A stretch of 64,000 nt of DNA, from the NCBI GenBank assembly GCA_050084515.1, contig CM114271.1:44702001-44766000 (forward strand), written 5' to 3'. Under the pieces are notes generated by a model, which was not told where the DNA came from, did no database searches, and was given only the letters and a program-made list of their open reading frames with translations. Both the position numbers and the translations under genes were made by a program. Below, one piece after another: positions 1 to 14,052 of this stretch. This DNA comes from Blasia pusilla. Its lineage: Eukaryota. Within the stretch, counting starts at the first letter, position 1. Every line of letters begins with the position of its first letter.

Positions 1-2511
1 AGTCGCGCTATAGTTCATATGAGGGAGAGTGCTTGGCAAGAGTGTGGGGGTGGCACACTTTAGGTGTTACTTGTTTGGCACCCGTTTACCCTTATTCGAT
101 CACCAACCGCTCAAGTGGTTGATGGAGTCGGACAAGCTTACAGGGAAGCTTGCACGGTGGGCTCTTATCTTACAGGAGTATGACTTCCAGGTGGTACATA
201 GACCTGGAGTTGCCAACCTTGATGCTGATGGGTTGAGTAGGAACCCATGTACTAGCCAAGAGGATACAACAAGGGCTAGATGGTATGGCGAGGTTGATGA
301 GGAGATGGTGCCAGGTTGGCATGCATCCGCCTTTTTATGTTGGTTAGGGGTGGACTCTAGTATGGAGGACCACATGATATCTTACTCTAGTCAGAGGGTA
401 GATGGCTAGCCTTCAGATCCTAAGGTTGGAGATGATGGTACAGATCAGCGTGATATTCATGATGATGCGTTGGTGTTGGAGTTCCTACGGACCGGTAGGG
501 TGCCAAGCATAGTGAGTGCCAAGGAGCGAGACCGTGTTCTTCAACGTGCTAAGAGGTATCGATTGGAGGGAACACATATTCTCCGCGTGTGGGAGGATGG
601 TAGAGTACGAGTAGTGCCACATTTGGCTCAGAGAGAGCGCATTGTGCGACATGCCCATGAGGAGTTGGGACATTTTGGGGTAAAGCGTTTAGGATATAGC
701 TTACTCCTTGGCCAGTATTGGTGGCGTGGCATGCATACTCAGGTGCAGCAGTTGGTGTCACGTTGTATGGTTTGTGACCGGGTGAGGGCATCATTTAATG
801 CCCCTACACCACAATTACACCCCTTGCCTATTATGGGGTTGGGTTACCGTTGGAGTGTGGACTTTTGCGGGACCGTTATCGTTGGTATGCGACATCATCA
901 ATATGTGTTGGTGATGGTGGAGCACTTCTCCAAGTGGATTGAGTTGGTGGCATTACGGACAAGGCGAGTGAGGAACGGCGTATGCGTTTCTCGGATAGAG
1001 TGCTTAGTCATTTTGGTGCACCGGTGAAGTCGACCGACCAGTGGTACAGAGTTTCAGTGGTGAGTTTTGGTCTTGTGTGACAAGGCGTTGATTGATCATC
1101 GGACCACGTCTCGAGATCATCAGAGGCGGATGGTTTGGCCGAGCGTGTGGTTCAGACGGTGAAGAGGGCATTGCGCAAGTATGGCCTCTGAAGGGGCATC
1201 TTGGAGACTGGATATTCAATTGCCATGGTTAGCCATGGGTATAGGTTCGATCGCCAAGCATCCTTGGCTTCCTTCTCACCTTATTTTCTGTTCTACGGCC
1301 GAGATCCGGACTTGCCAACAAAGAATTCATCGGGAGTCTAGTGAGGTGGTGAACCTTGATGACCCGAGATGTGGATGAGGGTGTGTTCTCGCGAGCGGAG
1401 CTCTTTCGAGAGTTATGCCAATGACCTTTGAGAATCTTGCCATTGCTCAACATAGGGATACGTTGCGGTATGCAACCATTCGAGGTGGAGGTTATCGACC
1501 ATCGATTCAGAGGTTCCATGTGGGGACTATGTCTATTTGCAGCAGATTGCCCGACAACGTTGGATGTGACGGTAGGCCGCACTATTTTACGAATGCGCGA
1601 GGTGTTAGCTTCTGGAGTTCTCATGTTGGAGGGTCGTGATGGAGTTGTTTGGAAGGACCATTGCGTAATTGTGCGCCATGTCATCTTCCAAATGTGGATG
1701 GTATCATTGACCCAAGCTTAGCCATGATACGTGCTAGCTTGAGGTGCATGTTGTGTGGGTCTGCCGTAACGCGGCCCGTATGTTGGTGTGTGATCGGTGT
1801 TCTAGGGGTTGGCACATGATGTGTTTGACTCCACGTTTGGATGTCGTTCCTACTGGAAGGTGGGTTTGTCCTCGATGTACTTAGGAGAGGTAGATGACTT
1901 GATCTTTGCATGATATGGATTACAGATGTGCGACTAACGATGGGGCAACCTAGCACCCGGCCTTCTGATTCGGGCACCCAAGAAGGTGTATAGCATGTAG
2001 TAGATGTATAGGGCTACCTGGGAGTTAGAGGGACCTAACCTTGATTAGGGGGCGAGTTGTGATACACTTGCGTTTGTGGATACTCGCGTCTATGTTATGT
2101 ACGTATGTGAGTATGGTATGTCGATGTATGTTGTATGACGATGTGGATTCGCACGACAATTGTATCATGACCATACGGATTATGTAGAGTAGAGTATAGT
2201 GTGCTAGTAGAGGACATTCCTTATGTAGGACCGTAGTGGCTTGGTAGAGATGCGGTTCCATACATAGGATTGGGGGTTACTCAGTTGGGGGTGAGTTTCC
2301 CAGTAGGGCCCGCTCTTAGGTTGGAGGATATAAGGTGGAGTGCACTCAAAGAACAGTCAGTTCTTTGAGTTGAGCCTGTTGCGTTGGGAGTTAGCCGTGG
2401 TAGTGAGTAGAGCTCTTGGCTATGGTGTTTTCCGCAAGCTTCGACCTGGATTCTCCCATCGTGGAGTGGGTTTGGCTCGATTGTATGTGATTGTAAACGT
2501 GTTTTATGACA
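1..2511 (+). mobile_element. 3' part of a degenerate Ty3/Gypsy LTR retrotransposon: RNase H, integrase, C-terminal PHD finger, PPT and 3' LTR
   Basis: RNase H motifs DHQPLKWL, LARWALILQEYDF and NLDADGLSR (29-409). Integrase zinc finger H..HFG..YWW..C..C and core 'WSVDF..LVMVEHFSKW' (470-1027), with frameshifts. PPT-like AGGGGGCGAG at ~2047-2056. Domain order RH then INT indicates Gypsy. Confidence 0.95.
2058..2511 (+). repeat. Gypsy 3' LTR (~454 bp, TG...CA)
   Basis: Starts TGTGATACAC directly after the PPT and ends TTATGACA. Near-identical pieces recur at 2535-2643 (+) and 27320-27669 (-). Confidence 0.85.
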
Positions 2512-2534
2512 GTAGGTCTTTCACGGATTTCAGT

Positions 2535-2643
2535 TGTGGTACACTTGCGTTTGTGGATACTCTCGTCTATGTTATGTACGTATGTGAGTATGGTATGTCA
2601 GCGATGTATGTTGTATGACGATGTGGATTCGCACGACATCGTT
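2535..2643 (+). repeat. First ~105 bp of a second copy of the same LTR (left half of a split LTR)
   Basis: TGTGGTACACTTGCGTTTGTGGATAC...GGATTCGCACGACA matches 2058-2158. Confidence 0.9.
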
Positions 2644-3700
2644 ATTGAAATGTAGTGGATTACTTGCCTTACGCGTTTATTCTAGGTGCGAACATTCAAG
2701 TCTGTTGAAACACCTTCTGGCTTGGCCTCATCACCTGTGACAAGCTCCCATAGTTCTTGACCCATGAGAAATTGTTTCATGCAAAACTTCCAAACATTGT
2801 AATTTTTCTTATCTAGCTTATCGCTTCTGATTGTTGTTGAGGAATACTCCATGGCGAACAATTTCACTCACAAAAATGTAATTTTAAGCTCTCTACTCTC
2901 CAATTGAAGCATAGATCACTCCTACACATAAATCGACATGAAATTTGCCAAAATTGATCACATGTATGAAAGAACTAGTCGAAATTGGCTTGTAGAGAGC
3001 AAACTCCATAACTTTTCTTTACTAATTGTACTTTCTTACACTGAAAATGCTACTGTATGAGCTCAGAATGTCAAAATCGAGCGATTTTGGATGAATTGGA
3101 AAGCTCTTGATGAGCTCTACAAGACATCAATAATAACATTTTGGCATCATTCACGTCATTGCGGATCCAGATGGCTAAAATCGACCGAGAAAGCCTTCAT
3201 AAATGCCTCCAAAGTTTTATCACCGTCAAAGCTCCACCTGAAATTTGTACCCACTGAGCTCTGAACAAAATTTCTTTCTCCCAAATTGAAATTGTGCCTT
3301 CTCTTGCCTCTCTTCTCTCCTCAAATACCAAGAATTTCAAGTGATGTTCTTCTATCGTTTTGATACCATGTGGAAAACTGCTAAAGAAGCATAACTGGTG
3401 GGAAACGGCTCTCATACTCACATACCACCATGGTAAGCAAAATTTGCAATGAGAGAATGAGTGGAGGCTGACCCTCTTCATAATTATATAGGGTATGTAC
3501 AAGAAACCCTAACCCTAACCCTAACCTTAACCATAGTCTCGAATTAGACTAACTGTGATTAACTAACCCTAGTTAAGATAATCGCGCTTAACTGACTAAC
3601 CAAGATTAAGCTTCCCTACTTTGTGTGAGTACCAAATATAGCACTTCAGGTGTCTCATGAGCTTGACTGTAACTCAATCTTCAATATTTTCTATGCAAGT
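2644..3700 (-). mobile_element. 5' half of a degenerate Ty1/Copia element: LTR remnant, PBS, leader and gag N-terminus
   Basis: ORF 2682-2867 has the Copia gag motif KLDKKNYNVWKFCMKQFLMGQELWELVTG. On the minus strand ...CCACA|TGGTATCA at 3361-3370 is an LTR end plus tRNA-iMet-type PBS. The outer LTR boundary is approximate. Confidence 0.8.
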
Positions 3701-4823
3701 GCACATAATCTTCAAAATGGAATCCCCTAATTCTTGGATGATAACATCTTCTACGAATAGTCACATAACCGAATATATCTCTATCTTGGGAAATAGCTAA
3801 GTTCTTAATTTTTTTGCGCTTTGCTCTAAAAAAATAAATTTACCCTCTAAGAACATGCTTGCGCCCAAACAACCTGATCATCAAGGTCCAACACCTCTAC
3901 CATATTATGTCAAATAGTTGTAGGTAAGTCTATCTCTCTTCCATAGAGCAGATGGTATGGTAAAAATTAAACAAAGAATGCATGTTGATTAAAGTGATAA
4001 TCCATAGCCAACCATGATAGTTGTTTGTCCCACTCCCTTAAATATCCCTAATGCAAGCCATACTTGTATAACTCTCTCTTCACCAACCGTACCACTCTTT
4101 CCACTAGTCCATCCACCTCAACATAATCCCTAGACATGTTGCAGTGATTTATCAACGCTGATCATACAAGGTGTGAAACTTCCCTTTGAACTCGATACAA
4201 GGTGAACCATTTCCTTGCTCACCTTGGCTTGATCATATACTATACATCCGGCTAAAATTATTTTAACCTCAATATGAATGTGATGCCACTTATATTAAAC
4301 CTAGAGTAAGCTAGAAGTAAGCTTTACTCTAAAATGCCCCACCTCCTCATACGCATGTTGCACAACACTTGCTCATTGGGAAGGATGAGGCACTATCTGT
4401 ACTCTATCATCCTCTCGTACTGGTAACATGGCTTGGACAATTTTCGGACAATCAGCATCACGAACAACAGGGAAGGACTTGACAAAAATCTCCACCAAGA
4501 ATAATAATCTTTCCACCAAATGGAACCTCTCTTAAGTGATCCAACACTAATCCCAAAATATCTTGCAATGTACCGTTACTTCCCGTGGTTGCTCTATTTT
4601 TGTGTTTCCGCCCTGACCATCCTTAGGGCACTTAGTGGTGTAAGGTCCTTGCGCACTTTATGCCTACGGCTTACGGATGCCGTTCTCATCCGAATATCTT
4701 ACTTTGTGGGGAGAAAGCAGCGCCATTCTTTTTGAACGAAACCCGGTTTTCGAAGGGCTCGAGATGCAAAGCTTTAGACGAATGGCCCAAAGAAGACGAG
4801 ATACTTTGAGAGTCCGTGACAGC

Positions 4824-7800
4824 CTAAAAAACATGATGATGAGTCATAGATGCTTCATCCCATGTGATAAGCTTAGCATTTCGGATGACGCGTGCCTCGT
4901 TACTATTAACTCGTATCTTGCAAGATATAAGGAATGAATTTTTATACTTGAAGAAATTGAAGAAAGTAAAAAAATAATAATTCATTGCAATGGGAAATAG
5001 ACTTTGGTTCTTACTTGCAAGTAGAACTTTCATCCACATTAATCAAAATCTTGAAGCGAGAATGTGCAGTACGACCTCCTTCCAACAATAAAGTTGCTAT
5101 CCGAGAGGAGGCAACAGTCAATGCAATACCTCTTTTACACCGTACTTTAAAGAAGGAGATTGTATAGAAATTTTTTCCCTGTTCCACCCAGGCCGTCGAT
5201 AAAAAATAATTTTGCCTACAAAGACATGATGAGGTATGATATTAGTTATCATATTGATAGTTTTCTTTAAGAAATTGAAGAAGTTCATAGTGATAAAAGC
5301 TTTCATTTCCTTACCAAAGGTCAAACATTTTCACTCAACTTCTCAAGTTATTCATGCACAACATCCCAAACAACACCCTGACTTGGATTCACTAATGCCT
5401 CTTCTAGAAATAACTTCTTGATGTAACTCTTCTGTATTTTGTACAATCTCATATTCTGAAGATGCGAAGTTGAAATATTTTTTTCTTGGAAGATGGATTG
5501 GAGGATGTTAAGGAAGTCTAACAATTTCTTCCCTTCAGTCTCCAAGTGGTAGTGAATATCCAACAATGCATGATTTATGATATCTGCATTTAGAGGGAGA
5601 TCTGGAATTCTTGTTCTCTATGCACAGATATGCAAAGAATAAGCACATAAGAAGTTTGAAACAATTAAAATGTGAAGAAAGGGAACATAGTCAAGAAGGA
5701 ATATGTGTAGGTTTACCTGACGTTTGTCGTATAAGAGATCCTCAGTAAGATGGATTTTAAAGTCATTCCACAATTCAGCTGGCCTAGTTGGCGTATTATA
5801 TGCCAAAATAATGACACAGAGTTGTGGAAACGATGGACCTCCACGAATCTAAAAAGCTTCTTGCAAGCAAAGTGTAACCTCCCTATCATCCTCTAAGAGT
5901 CCTAATTGGATAACAACCTCTTTGAAAGTTGGATACAATACTCCATGCACGATCCTTAAATCTTCATGCGTACTTGCACCTCGAAAATGATGAAGAAGCA
6001 ATCGCAACCAATGATGCTCACCATCGCCAGAGAAAATAAGCTTTTACTATAAGATATTTCGGAAGCAATACTTCAAGATACAAACTATGGAATATAAGTC
6101 AATTAGCTTTGAAATGGAAAGGAAAGAATGGTTGACTTAAGATATGCAGTATTTTTGAAAATATGTACCTGGATGAGTGAGATGTAGCCGACGAATAGGA
6201 TAACCACAACCATGTGTTCCTTGCACACGATGAAACCACATTTTCTTTGTCCAAGTATAATGTGAAGGAAACTCAAGATATAGATACTTGTGGGCAAAAA
6301 GACCCAAACGGTTGGTTGCAAACCATGCCATTAAAGTTGTATCCCTATTTCTTTGTAAAATATTTAGAGGTAGTTCATTATCATTAAAATATACAATTTT
6401 TACATATGGGAGATGAACAACCAATCTCACAATACTTGGTTGCTCTGAATGCAAGCTGAACTTGAAAATTTTCTGACATGCTTCTGAGGTTGAAATATAC
6501 CAATGCAAGAACAAAACAAAATAAGAATTTGTTAGTATGAAAAACATTTCATGAACATGAAGACTATTGTCATATGGGAATACATAGATCCTCACCTTGC
6601 ATCTTGGTATTGTGTTGTCTCATCTAACGCCAAGCGTTGTTGTAGCAGTACTTGAGCTCTTAGACATCCCAAATGTCACCGCATATGATCCCTTGTATCC
6701 ATATTTGCAGAAGTATTTTACGGCAGATATATTATTTGTGATCTCTAAATTAATATGACAATCGAATAGAGTGCACAACATACGATTACATGGCACAACC
6801 CTACGATTATCCAAAGGTTGATTACGATTCATGATCTTCATGCCATTATCTAAGGTGGCCATCACGGTGCAAATCCCTCTTTTGAAACTCCATCACATGA
6901 ATGCATCCAACAACTTTACCCAAAATATGTTTCTTCACAATCAGTCACAATAACTCCTTTCTCTCTATTTTTTTCTGGAAAAATTATACGACCAAGTCAA
7001 GATGATCGACAATTGTTTGACCCAGTAGTAATGCTAATGTAATCTCCACCCAATTTGGGTTGCACGTCATTGTCACGAAATAATCAGGCTTTCCAAAATG
7101 CCTAAAAATGGCCATGGCATCGTGATATAATTGATGCATATGTCATGGATCTCTAGTAAATGAAGATGGAAACAAAATACGTCTCCCAAATGTCTTACCA
7201 TCTCCATCACACCTAACCATAGCGTCTTTCACACATCTGTATAATTTAGATCGTCACTCCTTTTGATTTAAACGAACCCAACATAATGGTTGCATCTCTA
7301 TGGTCGCATATTAGCATATACTCTTACTAGAGTGGGCTACTTAGTGGGTACCTCCACCATATACTCTTGGGTAAGTCTTCCAAAACAAAGAAATAGATTG
7401 TCATCATCCACACCAATATGTGTATGAAGACAAAAGCTCGCAAATTGCAAGGGAGTAATACTTTTAGTCTTCTCTACCCCCATAGGTTGATTGTCTTCAT
7501 CGTGGACTATATCTTTGTCGAGAAAGTCATTTTTATCATGCCTATCTCCTTGGATATTTTCCTCTGATTCCCTCTGTGAAGACATGTTCGATGAATCTGT
7601 CCAATTTCCATAAGGTATTCCAAGATGCCAACATGCTTCACCGTAGATAAATAGCAAAATAAAGTGCAAAGGAATATATGCCTCATTCAAGTATGATATG
7701 CGATGAACTCCTCCGCCATGTCATTGAAGAATAATATTAGGGGAGTGCATAGTCTGACTCCCATCACCTAGAAATATAGCAACAACTTTTGAAGCAACAT

Positions 7801-8400
7801 GAAAGCTATATCGTTTAGCCTCAAGGCCCCTCTTACTTGCCCTCAGAATGATTTGCATGTTTGGGAAGGTCAATCCATTACAAATGTTGGAAATATCCTT
7901 GCATACGGATTACATTCGTGCAACATGTTTTGTAAACCTTTTAAGATGTCAGTTCAAAGCCTATCAGACATGCTCCTTTCTCAATTCTCAATTTCATGAT
8001 TTGTATCATGAATGTATAATTGCGCAAATTGGGGATGTTGTCCCTCATTTGGATGAACTGGACCAACATAATGATAAAATTTACCTTGAATAGTAAAGTG
8101 TTTTATGCCACCCAATTGTTGTTTGACTTGTACTCTAGTTGATGCCAATTGAAAGGCTGAATTATATGCCCGAGCGTTGGTAAGAAAAATTATGGCTCTT
8201 CACCCCAACACTAGATATCAATAAAGCCAAGAATAAAGGTAATGGCTTTAAGAAGGGCATTTGTACCTTCCCATGCTCACAACACATAGTAAAAGGTGAG
8301 TTTCAAAACTTTGAGTTCTTCACCTTCTCGCATTTCCAATGCAATGCTTTACATGAATGAAAATCATGTGTCATAGAACCTAAAGTATATCGACTAGTTG
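4824..8400 (-). mobile_element. Degenerate Helitron RepHel gene (Rep plus PIF1-type helicase), truncated at the 3' end
   Basis: Minus-strand motifs in the expected order: CKALHWKCE..FTMCCEHGKV (~8260-8370), YIPLHFILLF.YGE..WH, FGKPDYFVTMTCNPNW (~7050-7100), DNRRVVP.N..FDCHINLE..KYFCKYGYKG, Walker A FIDGLGGTGK (~5175-5205) and LITWDEASM (~4850). Many stops and frameshifts. Confidence 0.92.
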
Positions 8401-8894
8401 ATACACACATACTCCCTTTCGAGTAGGTTTTTCATGTCGCTCTCCATAAAGTTTTGAGTTCGTCCAATATTTAATAAGGTATTGACTTTTCCCGGAATAG
8501 TCCTTTGTGTCATATATCCATTCTCCATAGTTGAGTGACATTCTAACATATTCAAAACACTGGAAAAAAGTACACAATGATAAACAATAGTAAATAACTT
8601 TTCAAAGTTGTACATCAAGGAAGGAAGAGAAGAAGATGAACAAAAAAGGAAATAAAATAACGGTACATAGGGAAGGTTGCCAACGTCGGAGATGTTTGAA
8701 TGGGCAAGGTATTTGCTTCTTCAACATTGCATTGTTCTTGAAAATGAAGACTTGTTTGCACCCCATATTGGAGGTCTTCAGTAGGAGGCCTCCATTTGTA
8801 ATATGCTCAAGATAAGAAAAAAAGATTTGCAAATTTCTTGTGTATAATAGACTTAGGAGAGTAAAAAAATACAACCGAGAAGCTTAAATTTTTT

Positions 8895-9120
8895 GAGAAA
8901 AAAAATCTTCTCCCCTTTTCAAGAGGTTACGTCCTTGCTTGAGGAAGAGCTATGTTTACCGAGATGTTTATATCATTCAGAAGTGCATTATCTTGAAACA
9001 TAATTATTGAGAAAAAAACCTTCTCCCCTTTTCAAGAGGTTGCGTCCTTGCTCCAGGAAGAGCTATGTTTATCGAGATGTTTATATCATTGAGAAGTGCA
9101 TTATCTTGAAACATAATTAT
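8895..9120. repeat. Tandem duplication of a ~113 bp unit
   Basis: GAGAAAAAAA..CTTCTCCCCTTTTCAAGAGGTT...CTTGAAACATAATTAT occurs twice head-to-tail. Confidence 0.85.
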
Positions 9121-12100
9121 TTGAACATCTTGTTGGGGAATCAATCTCGAAGATTCAATACCAACATGAAGTTCTTTTCGTTTCCTATAATATTCTTGTT
9201 GATATTCTCGCCTTCTCTCTATTTGTAGAGTATTATTTTGGACACATTTAATGCATTTCCACCTTTGTGCTTCCGCATGTAAAACCTTCTGAATATAGCG
9301 TATATCCTTAGGGTTTAAAAGAATTGGAAGTACAAGAAAAGTGAAAAAAATTAACATGGGTATGTTGAAGTACGTAAAGCATGTCGAAAAAAACCTCACA
9401 AATTCAAATGAAATGAGAGTATATAGGGGATCGGGAAAGATGCAAACATTGGAGATATGTGAATTGTTGATGCAATATGAATTTGAAGATTGTTCTCACA
9501 ATGGGTGCTTCCTTGTGAAATCCGCATGGTGTCATACAGTTACAAGAAAAGCATAATGGGCTAACTTTGATTTTTTACGCGCAACAGAATATGGAAGAAA
9601 AACGAAACTAAAACTTAAATTGAAAAATAGGCATGCTAACTTGCGTTGTTATGAGCAACATTATATGAAAGAAAAATGGAATTGAAAATTTCCATATAGA
9701 GATTTTCAGAAGAATTTTCTCACTTAAATAAACACACATGATCTCCTCTTGAATTGCAGTCATCGAAGGTTCGTCACATGCAATTATCATTGTTTGAGGA
9801 TGAAGTATCTCCATGTCATTCCGAATTCCATTCTCGAGAATACTATTTACTTCTACTTGTCTCAAGGGAATGACATTAGAAGTTCATTACCAAATTGATG
9901 TGCTCTCCTTTTCCTTTTATATTGACAATTATATTCTTTGCTCTTATCTCGTTGGAGAAAACCTTGTTCGAGTCGATTAATTCATTTTCTCCTTTGACCT
10001 ATGGCACGCATGTTCTTGCAAATGTTGCCTAAATCCTTAGGGTTTGAGAGAATTGAAAGTCTATAATATGCAAAAAAGTGAATATCAGACAACATGTTTT
10101 GGATGGCTTCACTATCCAAAAATATTTCCTATTTTTTTTTGAAATGAAATGAGCATGCATGTAGAAGATGACACGTGTTAAAGATCCTTGGGTAGTCGAA
10201 TTTTTTTTTCCTTCACAAAGTGTATGTTCCTTTGGGATTGAATCCCTTGTTCTCTTTTTCCTCTCGATAACAAGAAGTTGTAGGTTTGTCAAGTCGATGT
10301 ACAACTGGAATGTTGGTGATGTCCTAAAGAGTTCTCAGTCTTTCTGGTAGCCTTGATGATCTAAGGAAGTTACCCATCTGCACATGTACGGAAAGAAAAA
10401 AAATTCATGAAATGAAATTAAATTGTGAAGAATTTGTGCTCAAAGAACGAAATGAAATGAAATTTTTGCACTTGAAGGAATAAATTACAAAATTGGAAAT
10501 AAGGAAAAGAAAAAAGGAAAGTGATTTTTTGCATTGAAATGAAAATTATTTCCAAAAAAAACCACGATATAGTTAAGAAAAAACAAAAAGGAAAAGAATA
10601 GGCTCCAAAATAGTAAAAATAGATTTTAAATACTATTAAAAGCTCAAATTTCTTCTCGGGCTAATCTAAGCCATTCGACTTAGGGCCAGGAAGATTGAAG
10701 GCATCTACTATCAAGGCTAATCTTGGCCTTTCATCTTATAGCTAGGTAGATCGACGACCACTACACTCATAGCCATTTGGAAATTTGAATACTCGAGTTT
10801 TGGGTTTGGTGAGTTGAAAGCTAGGTCAGGATCGAGGCTTTGTCAAGCTGTACTATTTTGTCACCCGAGTATGGGTTGATTTTTATATGGTAAGGATGGT
10901 AGCGGAATTTGTAGTCTTCAATCCAGGGAGGGGATAATGTATTAATTGGTTTGGTGGCCGAGAAAGATCTTCGATCTTGGATTATATCTTATCATAGGAG
11001 TTATTTTTAGTGGAGTGGGCTACTTAGTGGGGTTATTATTTCGGGAAGAAGTGGGCCGTGTATTAAGAGCCACCACCACCCCACTCTAATTTTAGTTACT
11101 GTCCAATAAGAGGGAATTGGAGTGGAGGAGTGGGAGTTTAATGGTCTTGGGGTGCACTTGGAACTTCTTATGAGCATGTAAAACACTGAACTCGAACTTG
11201 CACACTTGCCTATTGTCTCCTACAAGAGTCTTGCACCTTCAGCACTGCACTTTTTAGAATTCAGATTTGGGCTTCAGCATTCAGGATCAGGCTTCACAGT
11301 GAGCATTCATACACAAGAGTCATTGTAATTCATTTTTCTTTATTGGTGCAAATTGGATGAAGGAGGCTTTGCTCATTCATATGTGACAAGCTATAATATT
11401 GAAATCAAACATGTCTAATGTTGATGTTTCATTTCATATGTAGGTGAAATCTGCAACCAAAACATTGGGTGTTGCAAGATTTTCATGCTCTACAGTTGTA
11501 AGTAAGACTACTACTCCAGCATGAAGACAAAATAGTTATAGTCCGTTATCGTCTTATCCTTAGAGTCTAATGGTGTATCTCCAAAGAGAACTCGGAAATC
11601 TTATTCCCCATGCTCATTTCCACCTAATGAGCTCTATGGGAAATGTTTTGGAGGATTCTTTGAGAGTCCAATAAAGCCGCTGCGAGATCCTATTCCTGCC
11701 ACCACAACCACACCAACTAAAAGTTGGGGAAGTCCTCTTGCCCTTTGCATCTTACATGACTGCAAAGAAGGAAATTCAAAGAGAGATAGCACCCATGAGT
11801 AAATTCCTACAACAATGCCCGCAAATGCATCCATTGAATATAATGTGCCAAGAGTTAGAGTTACTCTAGGTCGAAATAGGTTGAGCCGCGTGTCGCCTTA
11901 TTGAGAAGCAACCAAAGCCCCAAGTGGTTTTCATCTGTACAGAGAATCAATAGGCGAGAAGATTAACCTTCAGCTAGAGAGGGCAAGTCAAGGATTCAAG
12001 TCGGATGGCCTGAGGTCGGATGACTAGAAATGTCAAAGGCGATATATGAGAGAATCTCTCACTGTACCTCAAACCGGGCTGACGGAAATAGTACTAGACT

Positions 12101-13444
12101 TTTGGTTGCACGTGATAATGTATTAGAGAGAGAAGTGCATATATATCACGATGACGAGGAAGATATGAGGAGTACTACCACTTCATCAGCACCTCAGGAA
12201 AGCTTTTGCTCTACATGCTTTCCATCATTTTTACCTATTTGATGATCCTAACAGTTTGGTGCGTTTGTATTAAAAGTATGTAATAAAATAAGTTCAATGA
12301 GTATCTACTACCTCTGAATTGAATGCAGGTCTAACCACCATGAGTAGCCCTAAGTACCTCAAAAGAAACCAGGTACAACCCGATGACAGACACAATCGGG
12401 TTTCTCCAATTGAGAGGAATAGCCACAAAAGTGAATGAGCGAGCCGAGAAAAAGCAGTAATGGCAAGCTTTTTCCCCCTCTGAAAGCTAGAACTCGCACT
12501 GTTAATAGACGATCCATCCCGAGCACTTCCAAGTCTGCAAGCTCCAAAGTAGAAGAGCCAACTCAAGCACAAGACCTACCTTGATCATTGTCAAGTCCGC
12601 AAGCTGCAAAGACCGCAACGGAGCTTAACACCCCCCCGAGTGTTTGCTACAAAGGATATAACAAGGCTGGACCTACATACCTTGCAGCAACTCGAGTGGA
12701 ATAAGAGAAGCGAGCCTTGGCAGGAAGGCCGAAATCCCCATGCTTGGAAACTAATTTCCAATGTGCTCTACAACTGTAGAGACGCATTTGTCCAAATGTT
12801 CAGCCACAGTCAAATGTAGCAAACCACTACTACGCGATCTTGCAGCAATTCAAAGCAATTGACTAAACCAATCACAGCCATAGAGCCACAAGAAATTGTT
12901 GCAACCCCATATGCCGATAGCGAGCTCTGAAGTGGAGCAAGAAGAAAAATTAGAAGGCGAGCTCGGCCATGAGCTTTGCACATATAGACGTGAACTCCAT
13001 GACCTACGCCGCATCGTCCTAAGCCGAACTTGCTTTGGAACAAAGCCAAGGACATCAACCGACGGACGCTCAATGGCCGCTAGAAGCTCCGAATTCGACC
13101 TAGACATAATGTTGCTTCCCAGGCGTGATCACCTAGCTCAAATCAAAATCTCCCAACTACAAAGTCGATTCGGACGTTGAAAGCTCCAAGATGAATCCAG
13201 AGATTGAAGTTGCAAGCACAGTCCCAAAGTCCTTAGCCGGGAGTGTAGGCGCACACCCCGCAACAAGTGAGGTGACCAAGATGCGGCAATAGCAGGCTCA
13301 CACAGATGTCCTCCGCTGGGTCGAGCTCCAATGCTAGCTTGCCTGCGGAGGCATGCCGCGAAGTCAGGCTGCACTAGGGCCCGGCAACCAAGTGGCTACT
13401 TTGTCCTATTAGATTTGTTATTTTGTTGCCCATTATAGTATAGA

Positions 13445-13806
13445 TTAGTAAGGTGCTCGTGCGATGCACTAGAAATAAAAAAGGGTTTGAAGAGCTTTTG
13501 CTAGTGTATAGCCCGTGAAGGGACTAATAACGATGCACGCAAATTTAAAATTTCTTACTGCGTGTAGCATGTGAAACATTTTCTTGCTGCCCAGTTGCCA
13601 TGTGTCAGACATAGAGGTGTTGCAAATAAAAAAGACGCACTCCAATAATTTATTCTCTTTAGGTGCCCATGCGATACACAAAAAATAAAAAAAAAGTGTT
13701 TGGAAAACTTTAGTTAGTATATAGTATGTGAAGGGAAGGGATTAATAATCCACACTCACACAAATTCAAACTTTCTTTTAAAGGTGTTTCAAATGATATA
13801 GATAGA
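13445..13806 (-). mobile_element. Short non-autonomous Helitron
   Basis: Minus-strand 5' end TCTATCTATATC. 3' end GTGCATCGCACGAGCACCTTACTAA (hairpin plus CTRR). Interior homologous to 44008-44400 (GTAGCATGTGAAACATTTTCTTGCTGCC.AGTTGCCA.GTGTCA). Confidence 0.6.
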
Positions 13807-14052
13807 TTTTCCACATCCTCTCCTTCCCAAGTATTTTCATGTCTTCAGACGAAAATACTTTTGTTCACCATATCTATCACAAAGTGACGGGAAAGGTCGA
13901 CGTAACTAAAACGGCGTCAGGAGAAAGCCACTGGACGGGGACGAGCGTGGCCACAGGGAAGGAGTAGTCGACGGAGGGACAGAAGCTGCACCTCAAATCA
14001 CAATCCTGAAGCCGATAGATTCTCAGCGCGGAGCACTTCGTTCGCAGTGTCG

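Noticed and set aside
2340-2618. ORF 'MHSKNSQFF...' and its copy at 27292-27489
   Set aside because: Lies within LTR sequence; not a gene.
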